Assembly (NCBI GenBank): GCA_026770705.1
Contig: JANJGN010000034.1
Location: 16,430,001 to 16,494,000 of the forward strand
Reading direction: 5' to 3'
Source of the DNA: Isurus oxyrinchus
Taxonomy: Eukaryota
Length of the DNA stretch: 64,000 nucleotides
Below the pieces are notes generated by a model. It ran no database searches. It saw only the letters and a program-made list of their open reading frames with translations, and was not told where the DNA came from. Each line of letters opens with the position of its first letter. The first letter of the stretch is position 1. Both the position numbers and the translations under genes were made by a program. This document shows positions 47,530 through 59,400 of this stretch, in pieces.

Positions 47530-48650
47530 GCAACAACACCTTACATTTATACGGGATCTTAACGTAATAAAACATTCAAAAGGTACTTCACAGGAGCAAT
47601 TATAAAGCAACATCTGACCCCGAGGAGATATCACGGGCAGGTGACTAAAAGCTTGGTCAAAGAGGTCGGTTTTAAGGAGCGTCTTAAAGGAGGGGAGAGA
47701 GAGAGAGAGAGAGAGAGGGATGTGGAGAGGTTGAGGGAGGGAATTCCAGAGCTCAGGGCCCCCCAGGCAGCTGAAGGCGTGGCCGCCAATGGTGGAGAGA
47801 TGGGAATAGGGGGATGGCCAAGAGGCTGGAGGAGCGCAGAGATCTCGGAGGGTTGTAGGGCTGGAGGAGGTTACAGAGATAGGGAGGGTTGTAGGGGCTG
47901 GAGGAGGTTACAGAGAAAGGGAGGGTTGTAGGCTGGAGGAGGTTACAGGAGTAGGGAGGGTTGTAGGGGCTGGAGGAGGTTACAGAGATAGGGAGGGTTG
48001 TAGGGGCTGGAGGAGGTTACAGAGATAGGGAGGGTTGTAGGGGCTGGAGGAGGTTACAGAGATAGGGAGGGGTGTAGGGGGCTGGAGGAGGTTACAGAGA
48101 TAGGGAGGGTTAGGGGCTGAGGAGGTTACAGGGATAGGGAGGGGTGTAGGGGCTGGAGGAGGTTACAGAGATAGGGCGGGTTGTAGGAACTGGAGGAGGT
48201 TACAGAGATAGGGAGGGTTGTAGGAGCTGGAGGAGGTTACAGAGATAGGGAGGGTTAGGGGCTGAGGAGGTTACAGGGATAGGGAGGGTTGTAGGGGCTG
48301 GAGGAGGTTACAGAGATAGGGAGGGTTGTAGGGGCTGGAGGAGGTTACAGAGATAGGGAGGGTTAGGGGCTGAGGAGGTTACAGGGATAGGGAGGGTTGT
48401 AGGGGCTGGAGGAGGTTACAGAGATAGGGAGGGTTGTAGGAGCTGGAGGAGGTTACAGAGATAGGGAGGGTTAGGGGCTGAGGAGGTTACAGGGATAGGG
48501 AGGGTTGTAGGGGCTGGAGGAGGTTACAGAGATAGGGAGGGTTGTAGGGGCTGGAGGAGGTTACAGAGATAGGGAAGGTTGTAGGGGCTGGAGGAGGTTA
48601 CAGGGATAGGGAGGGTTGTAGGGACTGGAGGAAGTTGCAGAGATAGGGAG
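47530..48650 (-). mobile_element. L2-clade 3' fragment ending in a 37-bp minisatellite (about 47848-48650, ~22 copies)
   Basis: Reverse complement of 36165-37420, with the same array/element junction (GAGATCTCGG AGGGTTGTAGG). Confidence 0.88.
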
Positions 48651-48659
48651 AGTTTTCGA

Positions 48660-50860
48660 GGATCTTACAGCAGAGATAAAGGCCATCGAGTCCATGCCGT
48701 CTCTCTGTAGAGCATTCCAATCTGTCCCATTTGCCCCCCCCGATACCCGTATCCCTGCGAGTTTATTTCGCTCATGTGACTGTCCAATTTCCTTTTGAAA
48801 TCGTTCATCATCTCCGCTTCCACCATCCTCATAGGAAGCGAGTTCCAGCTCGTCACCACTCGCTGTGTAAAAAGGTTTGTGCTAACATCCGCCCTCTATC
48901 TCTTGCCCAAAAACCTCAAATCTTGGTCCCCTGGTTTTGCTAACGGGAGGAGGCTTTCTTTGTGCACTTCACCTAACCTTGTCATCATCCTGGACGCCTC
49001 TTATCTGCCCTCAATCTCTTTATCTCATCCACTTCCCCTTCCTGCCTCTGACAGATGATTAAAAGGATAAGAATGATTCATTCTTTGATGTGATGTTGAC
49101 AGGATGTTTTAGTGCGGTTCACGCTTCTCTCTCTCTCTCTCTCTCTCTCACACCGACGCCTCCTCCTTTCACTCTCGAGAGAGTGTCGATCTTGTCACGC
49201 TGCAGCCGCTGGAGAGAGGGCTCCTTTCCTCACGACGGCGAAACTATGATGGAGATGTGGAACTCAAGTTCCACACCTGGTGATTCCAAAGGGAGCTGGA
49301 GTGAGAATGGCTCCCATCAGGGAGCTCAAGAACACAACAGCTTAAGAAATGGGAGCTGGAGGAGACCGTCTACCTCGACTCCACTTACCCGCCCTCTCCC
49401 TTAGCACCCAAAGATCGATCGATCTCGGTCGTGAATGGGCCCAGCGATGGAGCATCCACAGCTCTCTGGGGTAGAGAATCCCGAAGATTCACAGCCCTCC
49501 GAGTGAAGACATTTTCCCTCATCTCCGTCCAAAATGGCCGACCCCTTAATCCTGAGATTGTGACCACCACCCCCCCCCTTCACCCCTGCTTCCAGTTCTA
49601 GACTCTGCGGCTGCAGGAGGTGGGGGGGGGTGGGGGGGTGGTTGGTGGGGTGGGGGGGGGGTGGGGGGGGTGATGTGGTTGGTGGGGGGGGTTGGGAGTA
49701 ACATCCTGTCAATTGACATTTTTCATACATTTCAATAGGATCACCTCTCATTCCTCTAAACTCCGGAGAATATACCCTCATTCTACTCATTCACTGTTAA
49801 GAAGGAGTTAGATATAGCTCTTGGGGTGAAAGGGATCAAAGGGTATGGGGAGAAAGAGGGAGCAGGCTATTGAGTTGGATGATCAGCCATGATCATAATG
49901 AATGGCGGAGCAGGCTCGAAGGGCCGAATGGCCTTCTCCTGCTCCTAGCTTCTATGTTCTTATGTTTCATCGGGCTGCCCTCTCATCCCAGGAATCAGTG
50001 AGCCCTTGCTGTTACTCACCCTCCCAGAAGAATACAGGGCAGATGGAGACCATCGTTCTTCTGGGTTTAGGGTTGAGGCCTACAGCGGGGGAGTAAGATT
50101 GAAGGGCAGCCAAAGGAGGAGGTGAATGAGAAATAGAGAGACGGAGAGGCAGAGTGTGGAACAGAGGATACGGAGGTTCTGCCCTCACTGCAGGGACTGG
50201 ACCAGGGGTGACCTGATCAAGAGGTCCAGGATGTTAACATAATTTAATAGGTTGGATAAGGGGTAAGACTTGGACAGGAAGGGAAAGCGGGGTTGAGGTA
50301 GTAGATCAACCATGATCTTATTGATCTGGGGAGCAGGTTCAGGAGGCTGAATGGCCTCCTCCTGTTCCTATTTCTTAGGTTCTTATATTGCAGGTTGCAT
50401 AGACTAGGTTCAGGTTCCCTTGAATATAGAAGAGGTTTTTGAGACGGCTCAAGGTTTCAATAGAGTCAATAGAGAGACACTACTTCCTCTGGTGGGGGAA
50501 GGGGAAAGGAAGTTGGGGGGGGGGTGGGGGGTGGGTGGTGGAGAAAAGAGACAGAACGAGGGGACGGATTCTTAAAATTGGAGCCAGGCCGTTCAGTGGG
50601 GTGATGTCAGGAAGCACTTCTTCACACAAAGTGGGGTGGAAATTTGGAACTCTCCGCCCCACCCCCCCCCCCCAGAAAAATCAGTCGAGTATGGGAGGGG
50701 TCAATTGAAAATTTCAAAACTGAGATTGAGAGATTTTTGTTGGGTAAGGGGGTGAAGGGTTATGGAACCGAGGTCGGTAGATGGAGTTAAGATACAGATC
50801 AGCCATAATCTGACAGAATGGTGGTGCAGAATGGAGGGGCTGAATGGCCTCCTGCCAATT
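48660..50860. mobile_element. Several short degenerate CR1 3' fragments in both orientations, with unique islands between them
   Basis: WNSLP/TEMR-type translations and GAATGGCCT(C/T)CTCCTG..(TTCTTATG)n termini at about 49930-49965, 50350-50390 and 50845. Confidence 0.65.
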
Positions 50861-51497
50861 GCTAATGGTCCTATTGGACCCTGGAATGAGTGCAGTACCT
50901 CCGTACATATCCTCTGTTCCGCAGTCTGTCCTTCTATCTCTATTTTTCATTCATTTCCTCCTTTGGTTTCCCTTCAATCTTACTCTCCCACGTAGAAACT
51001 CAGATGCCCACAACTTGCTGGTTTATTTCCAGCATGTATTTTCTCAACAGGAAGGAGCGTGAGCTGAAAACGAGGAGAGAGGGTGACGTTTCTAAACAGA
51101 AAGCCACAGGGGTTTTGCGACAAGAGCATATATCACCCAAGTCATGTCACAGGATCAACTTTCCCTCAGGCCAAAATATAGTTTCAGAATAACATAAACC
51201 CACCGCTACAGTTTCTGTCAACTGAGCGATACTCTATAATCCCTTACATCTCCCAGGTTAGAGCTCAGCTTTTCAGGATTAAACTGGCTGCTTTTATTAA
51301 CGAATTAATAAAACTCCCTTTAAAATGCCGGCTAAGAGCGGGGTGGGGGTTTCATGGAATGAGGAGACAGAATGAAGGACAGAACGAGTGAGTGAATGGA
51401 TGAATGTGCATTTGATACTGTCTTTCACAAGGACCTTGTCAAAGAACTTTACAGCCAATATAGCACTTTTTAATATTGAAAATTCTTCCATTCCTTC

Positions 51498-52160
51498 CTA
51501 ACTCTCCCATCGAAGACCATCCCTTTAAACCCCTAACTCCCCCATCGAAGACCATCCCTCTAATCCCCTAACTCTCCCATCCAAGACCATCCCTCTAATC
51601 CCCTAACTCCCCCATCGAAGACCATCCCTCTAAGCCCCTAACTTTCCCATCAAAGACCATCCCTCTAATCCTCTAACTCTCCCATCAAAGACCATCCCTC
51701 TAATCCCCTAACTCTCCCATTGATGACCATCCCTCTAATCCCCTAACTCTCCCATCGATGACCATCCCTCTAATCCCCTAACTCTCCCATCGAAGACCAT
51801 CCCTCTAATCCCCTAACTCTCCCATCCAAGACCATCCCTCTAATCCCCTAACTCTCCCATCCAAGACCATCCCTCTAATCCCCTAACTCTCCCATCCAAG
51901 ACTATCCCTCTAATCCCCTAACTCTCCCATCGAAGACCATCCCTCTAATCCCCTAACTCTCCCATCGATGACCATCCCTCTAATCCCCTAACTCTCCCAT
52001 CGAAGACCATCCCTCTAATCCTCTAATTTTCCCATCCAAGACCATCCTTCTAGTCCCCTAACTCTCCATCGAAGGCCATCTCGCTAATCCCCTAACCCTC
52101 CAATCGAAGACCCTCCCCCTAGCCCCCTAACTCTCCCATTGAAACCAATCTCGCTAGTCC
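51498..52160. repeat. 35-bp minisatellite (ACTCTCCCATCGAAGACCATCCCTCTAATCCCCTA), ~18 copies, followed by an L2-like tail (52165-52300)
   Basis: Period 35 (e.g. 51781, 51816, 51851). Confidence 0.92.
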
Positions 52161-52994
52161 CCAAACTCCTTTGAGGCGCTCTTTATAACCTCCCTCTTTG
52201 ACCCAGCTTTTGGCTGCCAGCCCATGTGATCTCCTCATGCGGCTCGGGGTCAGATTTTGTTGATGTGTAATTTTGTTGATGTGCCACTTAAATACAATGT
52301 CGTTGCTGATGGTGACACTTGCTGAGCAAAGGTTGTCACACCAGTAATTCAGTGAGAAGACATCTAGTGTACGGTGTACAGTTGTGGTCTCTTTAGGGAG
52401 GGATAGATTCACTCGGCTGATCCCTGGGATGAAGGGGGTTTGTCTAATGAGGAAAGGTTGAGCAGGTTGGGCCTGTACCCATTGGAGTTCAGAAGAATGA
52501 GAGGCAATCTTATTGAAACGTTATTGAGGGGGGGCGCTTGACAGGGTGGATGTGGAGAGGGGAATCTAGAACTGGGGGCCACAGTTTCAGGATAAGTGGG
52601 TCTCCCATTGAAGATGGAGATGAGGAGGAATTCCATCTCTCAGAGGATGGTTAGTCTGTGGAATCAGATCAACCAAATTGTTATTGAATGGCATAGGGGG
52701 GCTCGAGGGGCTGAATGGCCTACTCCAGCTCCTATTTCTTACCATCTTACGAATTCATCTAAAGGACGGTTTTATTTTGTAGATAAAGGAACCCGAATAT
52801 GAGTGAGGCAGAATTGTGAAAGCCTGACATAGGCCCTGCCCACTCTCTCAGTCACCTTTTCGCAAGGCTTGTATTCACACCTTGCAAACACAAACAAATG
52901 CAGGAATGTGCTTCCTGATGGGGTAATCTCTCCTTGGTTACATCACTGTGATGGTAATACAATTACCTGAGGGCTAACGGCACTTCAAGACGTG

Positions 52995-53900
52995 GAGCAG
53001 AATTTTGCCCTCGGTGGGCCCTGCCGGCTTGGCGGCGAGCGGACAGCCGACCCTCGCCATTTTGAGTGGGCAGGCCAATTAAGGCCCACCCAGCGGCCTG
53101 CCCGAGGGGAAGCGAGGGGGGTGGGGAGGGAATCCCCCCCCCCACCCCACCCCACCCCCAGCCGTCAAAGTGCGCTCATTCCTGCATGCGCTCACTACCT
53201 CCTGAGGCAAAGTCCTATCTCAGGGAGATTCATGATGGGTAAGTAAAGTCTAAAAATAGAAAAATATTAAAACTATTGACATGTCACCCTCATGTGACAA
53301 TGCCACATGAGATGGGACACGTTAATAATAAACACTTAAATCTTATTATGTTTTTTTAAAAAACGGACATGAATCTTCATCCCGCCAGTGGATGAAGTTT
53401 CCTGAATAATCTGGAGCCTGCTGGGACTCCTGGCTTGTCCGGCAGCCTTAAGCCTGGACAGACAGGACCTTTCCTTATCTTAACTATTGATTCATTGCCA
53501 CAGAAGGCTGTGGAGGCCGGGTCATTTGAGTGTATTGAAGAGCGAGATAGACAGGTTCTTGATTGGTAAGGGGGATCAAAGGTCACGGGGAGAGGGCGGG
53601 AGAATGGGGTTGAGAAACTTATCAGCCGTGATTGAATGGCAGAGCAGACGCGATGGGCCGAATGGCCTAATTTCCACTCCTGTGTCTTATGGGTTTATGG
53701 TCTAACTAGCCTGTCAGTGGCCTCAATTGGCTATTGACAGGTCGGCGAGCGGACAGCTGATTTCGCTGTCCCACCCGCCTTCCTTAAAATTTAAAGGGAC
53801 CAGGATGGCGTCGGGGATTCCTCCTGACGTCACCCCGCTTCATTTTCCCCCCTCAGCGAGCGGGCCCCACCCCTAAATCGCCGAGGGGAAAATCCTGGCC
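52995..53900. mobile_element. Non-autonomous DNA transposon (MITE) with 20-bp imperfect TIRs, containing a nested CR1 3' end (about 53487-53702)
   Basis: GAGCAGAATTTTGCCCTCGG (52995-53014) versus the reverse complement of CCGAGGGGAAAATCCTGGCC (53881-53900): 16/20 identity. The nested CR1 is flanked by TAACTA on both sides. Confidence 0.6.
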
Positions 53901-54009
53901 ATGAACTGAGCTCCCTATCAGCTCATGTCTCCATTTCCACAATCATGTTAACGGGACGCAAAGTACGAATTCTTCAAGGGGAAGGCGCAGTGCTTGGTCT
54001 CTAAGTCAC

Positions 54010-54740
54010 ATGGCACAGGAGGAGGCCATTCAGCCCATCATGGCCCTGCTGGTTCTTTGAAAGATCTATCCAATTACTTCCCACTCTCCCCCCACCCCGC
54101 TGCTCTTTCCCCCATATCCCTGCAAAAATTTCCCCCTTCCAGTATTTCTCCTATACCGCCCCTTTTGAAAGTTCCTATTGAATCTGCTTCCACCGCCCTT
54201 TTCAGGCAGCGCCTTCCAGATCACAGCAACTCGCTGTGTCAAAAAAAAAATTCTCCTCATCTCCCCCTCTGGGTCTCTTCCCGATTCTCTTCAATCTGTG
54301 TCCCCTCTGGTTACCGACCCTCCTGCCGCTGGAAACAGTCTCTCCTTATTGACTCTATCCAAACCCCCTCATGATTTTGAACGCCTCGATTCAATCTCCC
54401 CCTTAACCTTCTCTGCTCCAAGGAGAACAATCCCAGCTTCTCCCAGTCTCTCCTGGAGTCCCTCATCCCTGGGACCATTGGAGTAAATCTCCTTTGCAAT
54501 TCCTCTCTAATGAAGAGAAGTATAAATTCGAGCCTGGGTCACCCGCTCACAGGAGACAGTTCTCAATGATCTAAGGTGTACATTGTTCAGGGGTTGGGAT
54601 GGAAGCAGATTCAATAGGAACTTTCAGAAGGGGAATTGGATAAATACTTGAAGGGGAAACATTTACAGGGCTGTGGGGTAAAGAGCAGGTGGCGGGGGGG
54701 GGGGGGGGGGGGAGAGTGGGACTAATCAGGTAGATTTTTC
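54010..54740. mobile_element. CR1 3' fragments (-, about 54010-54500; +, about 54590-54740)
   Basis: EKLGLFSLEQRRLRG; homology to 32250-32770. Confidence 0.8.
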
Positions 54741-54839
54741 ACCCGTTTTAAAATCTGCACAGAATCCCCAGTTCTCTAGACTCGACAGATAAAGAAAAAA
54801 AAATCACTCATTTGCCTCTAAGCAAACATGTTGCAAGTA

Positions 54840-55094
54840 ACCGCATTGGGCTGCTAGACACGTGGTGATAATGATCTCAGAAGGAGGTGTCTCCGACGGG
54901 GGAAAGTCCAGTGCTTTTGATTTCGGTTTCAACTCGCAATGCCCGATGTTCAGGTGAAAGATCAGTGCGATACCCAGTCCAAATTTCAGCTGGCGGTGAG
55001 CGAGCGAGCGAGTGAGTGAGTGAGTGTATTTCAGATTTCAGTCTCCCTCTCGCAGTATCAACAGTCGCTGTCCCCAGCTCTTTACTAAGTAAGT
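54840..55094 (+). promoter_or_regulatory. Candidate NF-kB/interferon-responsive promoter and non-coding first exon of a gene lying beyond the window
   Basis: ATTGG (inverted CCAAT, 54845-54849), E-box CACGTG (54859-54864), kappaB-like GGGGGAAAGTCC (54898-54909), ISRE core TTTCGGTTTC (54921-54930), locally CpG-rich, donor AA|GTAAGT at 55088/55089. Confidence 0.55.
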
Positions 55095-55209
55095 TCCACA
55101 AACACTTTCAGACCTTTTAAAGTATCTTAAAACTGCTGAAAATACTTGTGGGGACAGTTTGATGCATTTTTTGGGGGGGGGAGGTGGAGGGGGGCGGGTG
55201 CAGAGGGAG

Positions 55210-55575
55210 GGAGGAATTGTTTCAATCTAAGGATGAACTTTTGGGAATCGTTCAAAATCGGAGTTAAACTGTATGATTTAAATGTCAGCGAACGTTTGAA
55301 AATTATTTAAAATGTCATTTAAACTTGGGGGGAATTGTTTAAAATGTCAATGCAGCATTCAGGAAAAGTTGGATGCTGAAGGTAATTTTTTTGAGAACAA
55401 TGAAGGGGAACTTTTGGGAATAGTTTAAAATTTAGGTGGAATTTTTGGGAATTATTCAAATCTGAAGATAATCTTTTGTGAATAGTTTCAAATTGAAAGT
55501 AAACTTTTGATTCACATCTGTAGTTAAAATTTTGCGAATAATTTCAGATTTAAGATTACATTTGGGGAGTGGTTA
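55210..55575. repeat. Degenerate AT-rich ~30-31-bp tandem repeat (approx. TTTTGGGAATAGTTTAAAATCTAAGGTGAAC)
   Basis: Recurrent TTT(G)GGAAT..TT(C/T)AAA motifs at roughly 30-nt spacing. Confidence 0.55.
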
Positions 55576-55669
55576 ATAAAAAGGTACATTTAAAGTATCT
55601 TTAAGCTGCTGACAAGTGTATATATTTTTTTAAAATATGCTTGTTGAGTGAAGTTAATATATTAATGTT

Positions 55670-56140
55670 TTTATTCTTTCATGGGATGTGAGTGTTGCTG
55701 GCAAGGCCAGTATTTTTTGCCCTTCCCTAATTGCCCCTGGAGAAGGTGGTGGTGAGCTGCCTCCTTGAACTGCTGCAGTCCCTGTGGTGTAGGTACACCC
55801 ACAGTGCTGTTAGGGAGGGAGCTCCAGGATTCTGACCCAGTGACAATGAAGGAACGGCCGATATATTTCCAAGTTAGAATGGTGAGTGACTTGGAGTGGA
55901 ACCTCCAGGTGGTGGTGTTCCCATGTGTCTGCTGCCCTTGTCCTTCTAGATGGTAGAGGTTGTGGGTTTGGAAGGTGCTGTCTAAGGAGCCTTGGTGAGT
56001 TGCTGCAGTGCATCTTGTAGATGGTACACACACTGCTGCTACTGTGCGTCGGTGGTGGAGAGAGTGAATGTTTGTGGATATGGTGCCAATCAAGCGGGGC
56101 TGCTTTGTCCTGGATGGTGTCGAGCTTCTTGAGTGTTGTT
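55670..56140 (-). mobile_element. 5'-truncated HER1-like LINE
   Basis: Shared tail and ORF2 C-terminus. Confidence 0.85.
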
Positions 56141-56417
56141 GGAGATATGATATAATGTCTTGGACAGTTACTGACAAAGAATTACATGAGAAATTGCTTC
56201 ACCTCCAAGTGTTCGAAGCACATGTTTTGATGCTGTCAACAATTGGTTTGATTATACGGTTGATAAACTTTTCTCCAGACATTCCCACTGAGGAGGAAGC
56301 AGGAATGAATCCGTAAGGCGTTTGGTGAGACTACACCTGGAGTACTGTGTGCACAGTTTTGGCCTCCTTATCTACGGAAGGGTACACTTGTCTCAGAGGG
56401 ATGAAGGTTCACTAGAC

Positions 56418-59400
56418 TTTTTTTTATTCGTTCATGGGATGTGGGTGTCGCTGGCTGGGCCAGCGTTTATTACCCATCCCTAATTGCCCCTTGAGAAGGT
56501 GGTGGTGAGCTGCCTTCTTGAACCGCTGCAGTCCCTGTGGTGTAGGTACACCCACAGTGCTGTTAGGGATGGAGTTCCAGGATTTTGGCATAGGGACATT
56601 AGAATAAGGGAAGTAAACATGTGGCTAAAGGAGTGGTGTGGGAAAGAGGGGTTCCATTTCGTGGGGCACTGGCATCAGTATTGGAACAGGAGGGATCTGT
56701 ACCATTGGGACGGTCTCCACCTGAACTGATCTGGGACCAATGTCCTAGCGAAAAGGGTAAATAGGGTGGTCAACAGGACTTTAAACTAGAAAGTAGGGGG
56801 GAAGGGAAGGGTAACACTCCAAGAAGTATGACTAATGGGAAACAAAGCAGCAGGTTAGCGTGTGGGGGGGTGGATTCAACTTCATGGGAAATTATGAAAA
56901 AACTGAAAAGAAAGGAGAGCCCAGGAGAGGCTGTTAAAGTCTCCAGAACACAGCATAGGACAGAGTGTTTGGAAGGGGCTAGGAATCTAACTTCAAGCAC
57001 ATCAGATAAAGGGACGACAATGAGAAAGGGGACGGGAAATGCAGGACTGAAGGTGTTGTATCTGAATGTACGCATTATACAAAATAAGGTAAATGAGCTT
57101 GTGGCGCAGATTGAAATTGGCAGGTATGATGGGGTGGGCATCACGGAGACATGGCTGCAAGCGGATCAGGACTGGGAGCTAAATATCCAAGGATATACAT
57201 CGTATTGAAAAGATAGGCAGGTTGGCAGAGGGGGTGGGTTTGCTTTGTTAGTAAGAAATGAAATTGAATCGATAGCAAGAAATGACGTAGGGTCAGATGA
57301 TGTAGAATCTGGGTAGAGTTGAGGAACCGCAAAGGTAAAAAAACCATAATGGGAGTTATGTACAGGCCTCCGAACAGTAGTCAGGATGTGGGAGACAAGA
57401 TACACCCGGAGTTAGAAAAGGCGTGTAAGAAAGGCATGGTTACAGTGATCATGGGGGATTTCAATATGCAGGTAGACTGGAAAAATCAGGTTGGTAAGAA
57501 AAGGAATTTGTGGAATGTCTACGAGATGGCTTTTTGGAGCAGCTTGTGGTGGAGCCCACTAGGGAATAGGCAATTCTAGATTTAGTGATGTGTAATGAGG
57601 CAGATTTGATAAGGGAGCTTAAGGTGAAAGAGCCCTTAGGAGGAAGTGACCATAATATGATGAATTTACCTTGCAATTTGAGAGGACAAAGCTGGAATCA
57701 GATGTAACGGTATTACAGTTGAATAAAGGCAACTACAGAGGCATGAGGGAGGAGCTGGCCAGAATTGACTGGGAGATGAGCCTAGCAGGAAAGACAGTGG
57801 AACAGCAATGGCAGGAGTTTCTGGGAGACACAGCAAAAATTCATCCCTAGGAAGAAGAAGCATAGTAAAAGGAGGACAAGGCAACCATGGCTGACAAGGG
57901 AAGTCAGGGACAGCATAAAAGCTAAAGAGAAAGCATACAATGCGGTGAAGAGCAGTGGGAAACTAGGGAATTGGGAAGCCTACATAGACCAACAGAGGAT
58001 AACTAAAAAAGAAATAAGGAGGGAAAAGATTAAATATGAGGGTAAACTAGCCAGTAATATAAAAGAAGATTGCAAGAGTTTTTTTTTTTAGATACATAAA
58101 GGGTAAGAGAGAGGCAAAAGTGGACTTTGGGCTGCTGGAAAATGACGCTGGAGAAGTGGTAGTGGGGAACAAAGAAATGGCGAGGAACTGAATGGGTACT
58201 TTGTGTCAGTCTTCCTGGTGGAAGACACGAGTGACATCCCCCAAGTTCAAGTGAGTCGGGGGGGCAGAGGTGAGTATGGTGGCCATTACCAAGGAGAAGG
58301 TGCTAGGAAAACTGAAAGGTCTGAAGGTGGATAAATCACCGGAAGCAGATGGATTACACCCCAGAGTTCTGAAGGAGATAGCTGAAGAGATAGTGGAGGC
58401 ATTAGTGGTGATCTTTTAGGAATCACTGGAGTCAGGGAGGGTCCCAGAGGACTGGAAAATCGCTAATGTAACCCCTCTGTTTAAGAAGGGAGGGAGGCAA
58501 AAGACAGGAAATTACAGGCCGATTAGCCTGACCTCGGTCGTTGGTAAGATTTTAGAGTCCATTAAGGATGAGATTTCAGAATACTTGGAAGTGCGTGGTA
58601 AAAAATGGCAAAGTCAGCAATGGTTTCATCAAGGGGAAGTCATGCCTGACAAATGTGTTAGAATTCTTTGAGGTGGTAACGAGTAGGTTAGACAAAGGAG
58701 AGCCATTGGATGTTATCTACTTGAACTTCCAGAAGGCCTTTGACAAGGTGCCGCACAGGAGGCTGCTCAGTAAGATAAGAGCCCAGGTGTTAGAGGCAAG
58801 GTACTAGCATGGATAGAAGATTGGCTGTCTGGCAGGAGGCAGAGAGTGGGGATAAGGGGGTCCTTCTCAGGATGGCAGTTGGTGACGAGTGGAGTTCCGC
58901 AGGGGTCAGTGTTGGGACCACAACTTTTCACTTTATACATTAATGATCTAGATGAAGGAACCGAGGGCATCCTGGCTAAGTTTGCAGATGACACAAAGAT
59001 AGGTGGAGGGACAGGTAGTATTGAGGAGGCAGGGAGGCTGCAGGAGGATTTGGACAGGTTAGGAGAATGGGCAAAGAAGTGGCAGATGGAATACAACGTG
59101 GGGAAGTGTGAGGTCATGCACTTTGGTAGGAAGAATAGAGACATAGACTATTTTCTAAATGGGGAGAGAATTCAGAAATCTGAAGTGCAAAGGGACTTTG
59201 GAGTCCCTGTCCAAGATTCTCTTAAGATTAACTTGCAGGTTGAGTCGGTAGTTAGGAAGGCAAATGCAATGTTGGCATTTATTTTGAGAGGACTAGAATA
59301 TAAAAGCAGGGATGTGCTGCTGAGGCTTTATAAGGCTCTGGTTAGACCACATTTAGAATATTGTGAGTAATTTTGGACCCCGTATCTCAGGAAGGATGTT

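Noticed and set aside
49090-49404. 104-aa ORF or exon in a unique island
   Set aside because: No recognisable domain and no matching splice sites; the apparent minus-strand donor near 49388 is preceded by CR1 sequence.
14655-52160. Regularly spaced 33-37-bp repeats as CRISPR arrays
   Set aside because: Head-to-tail units with no unique spacers, no cas genes, and a eukaryotic context.
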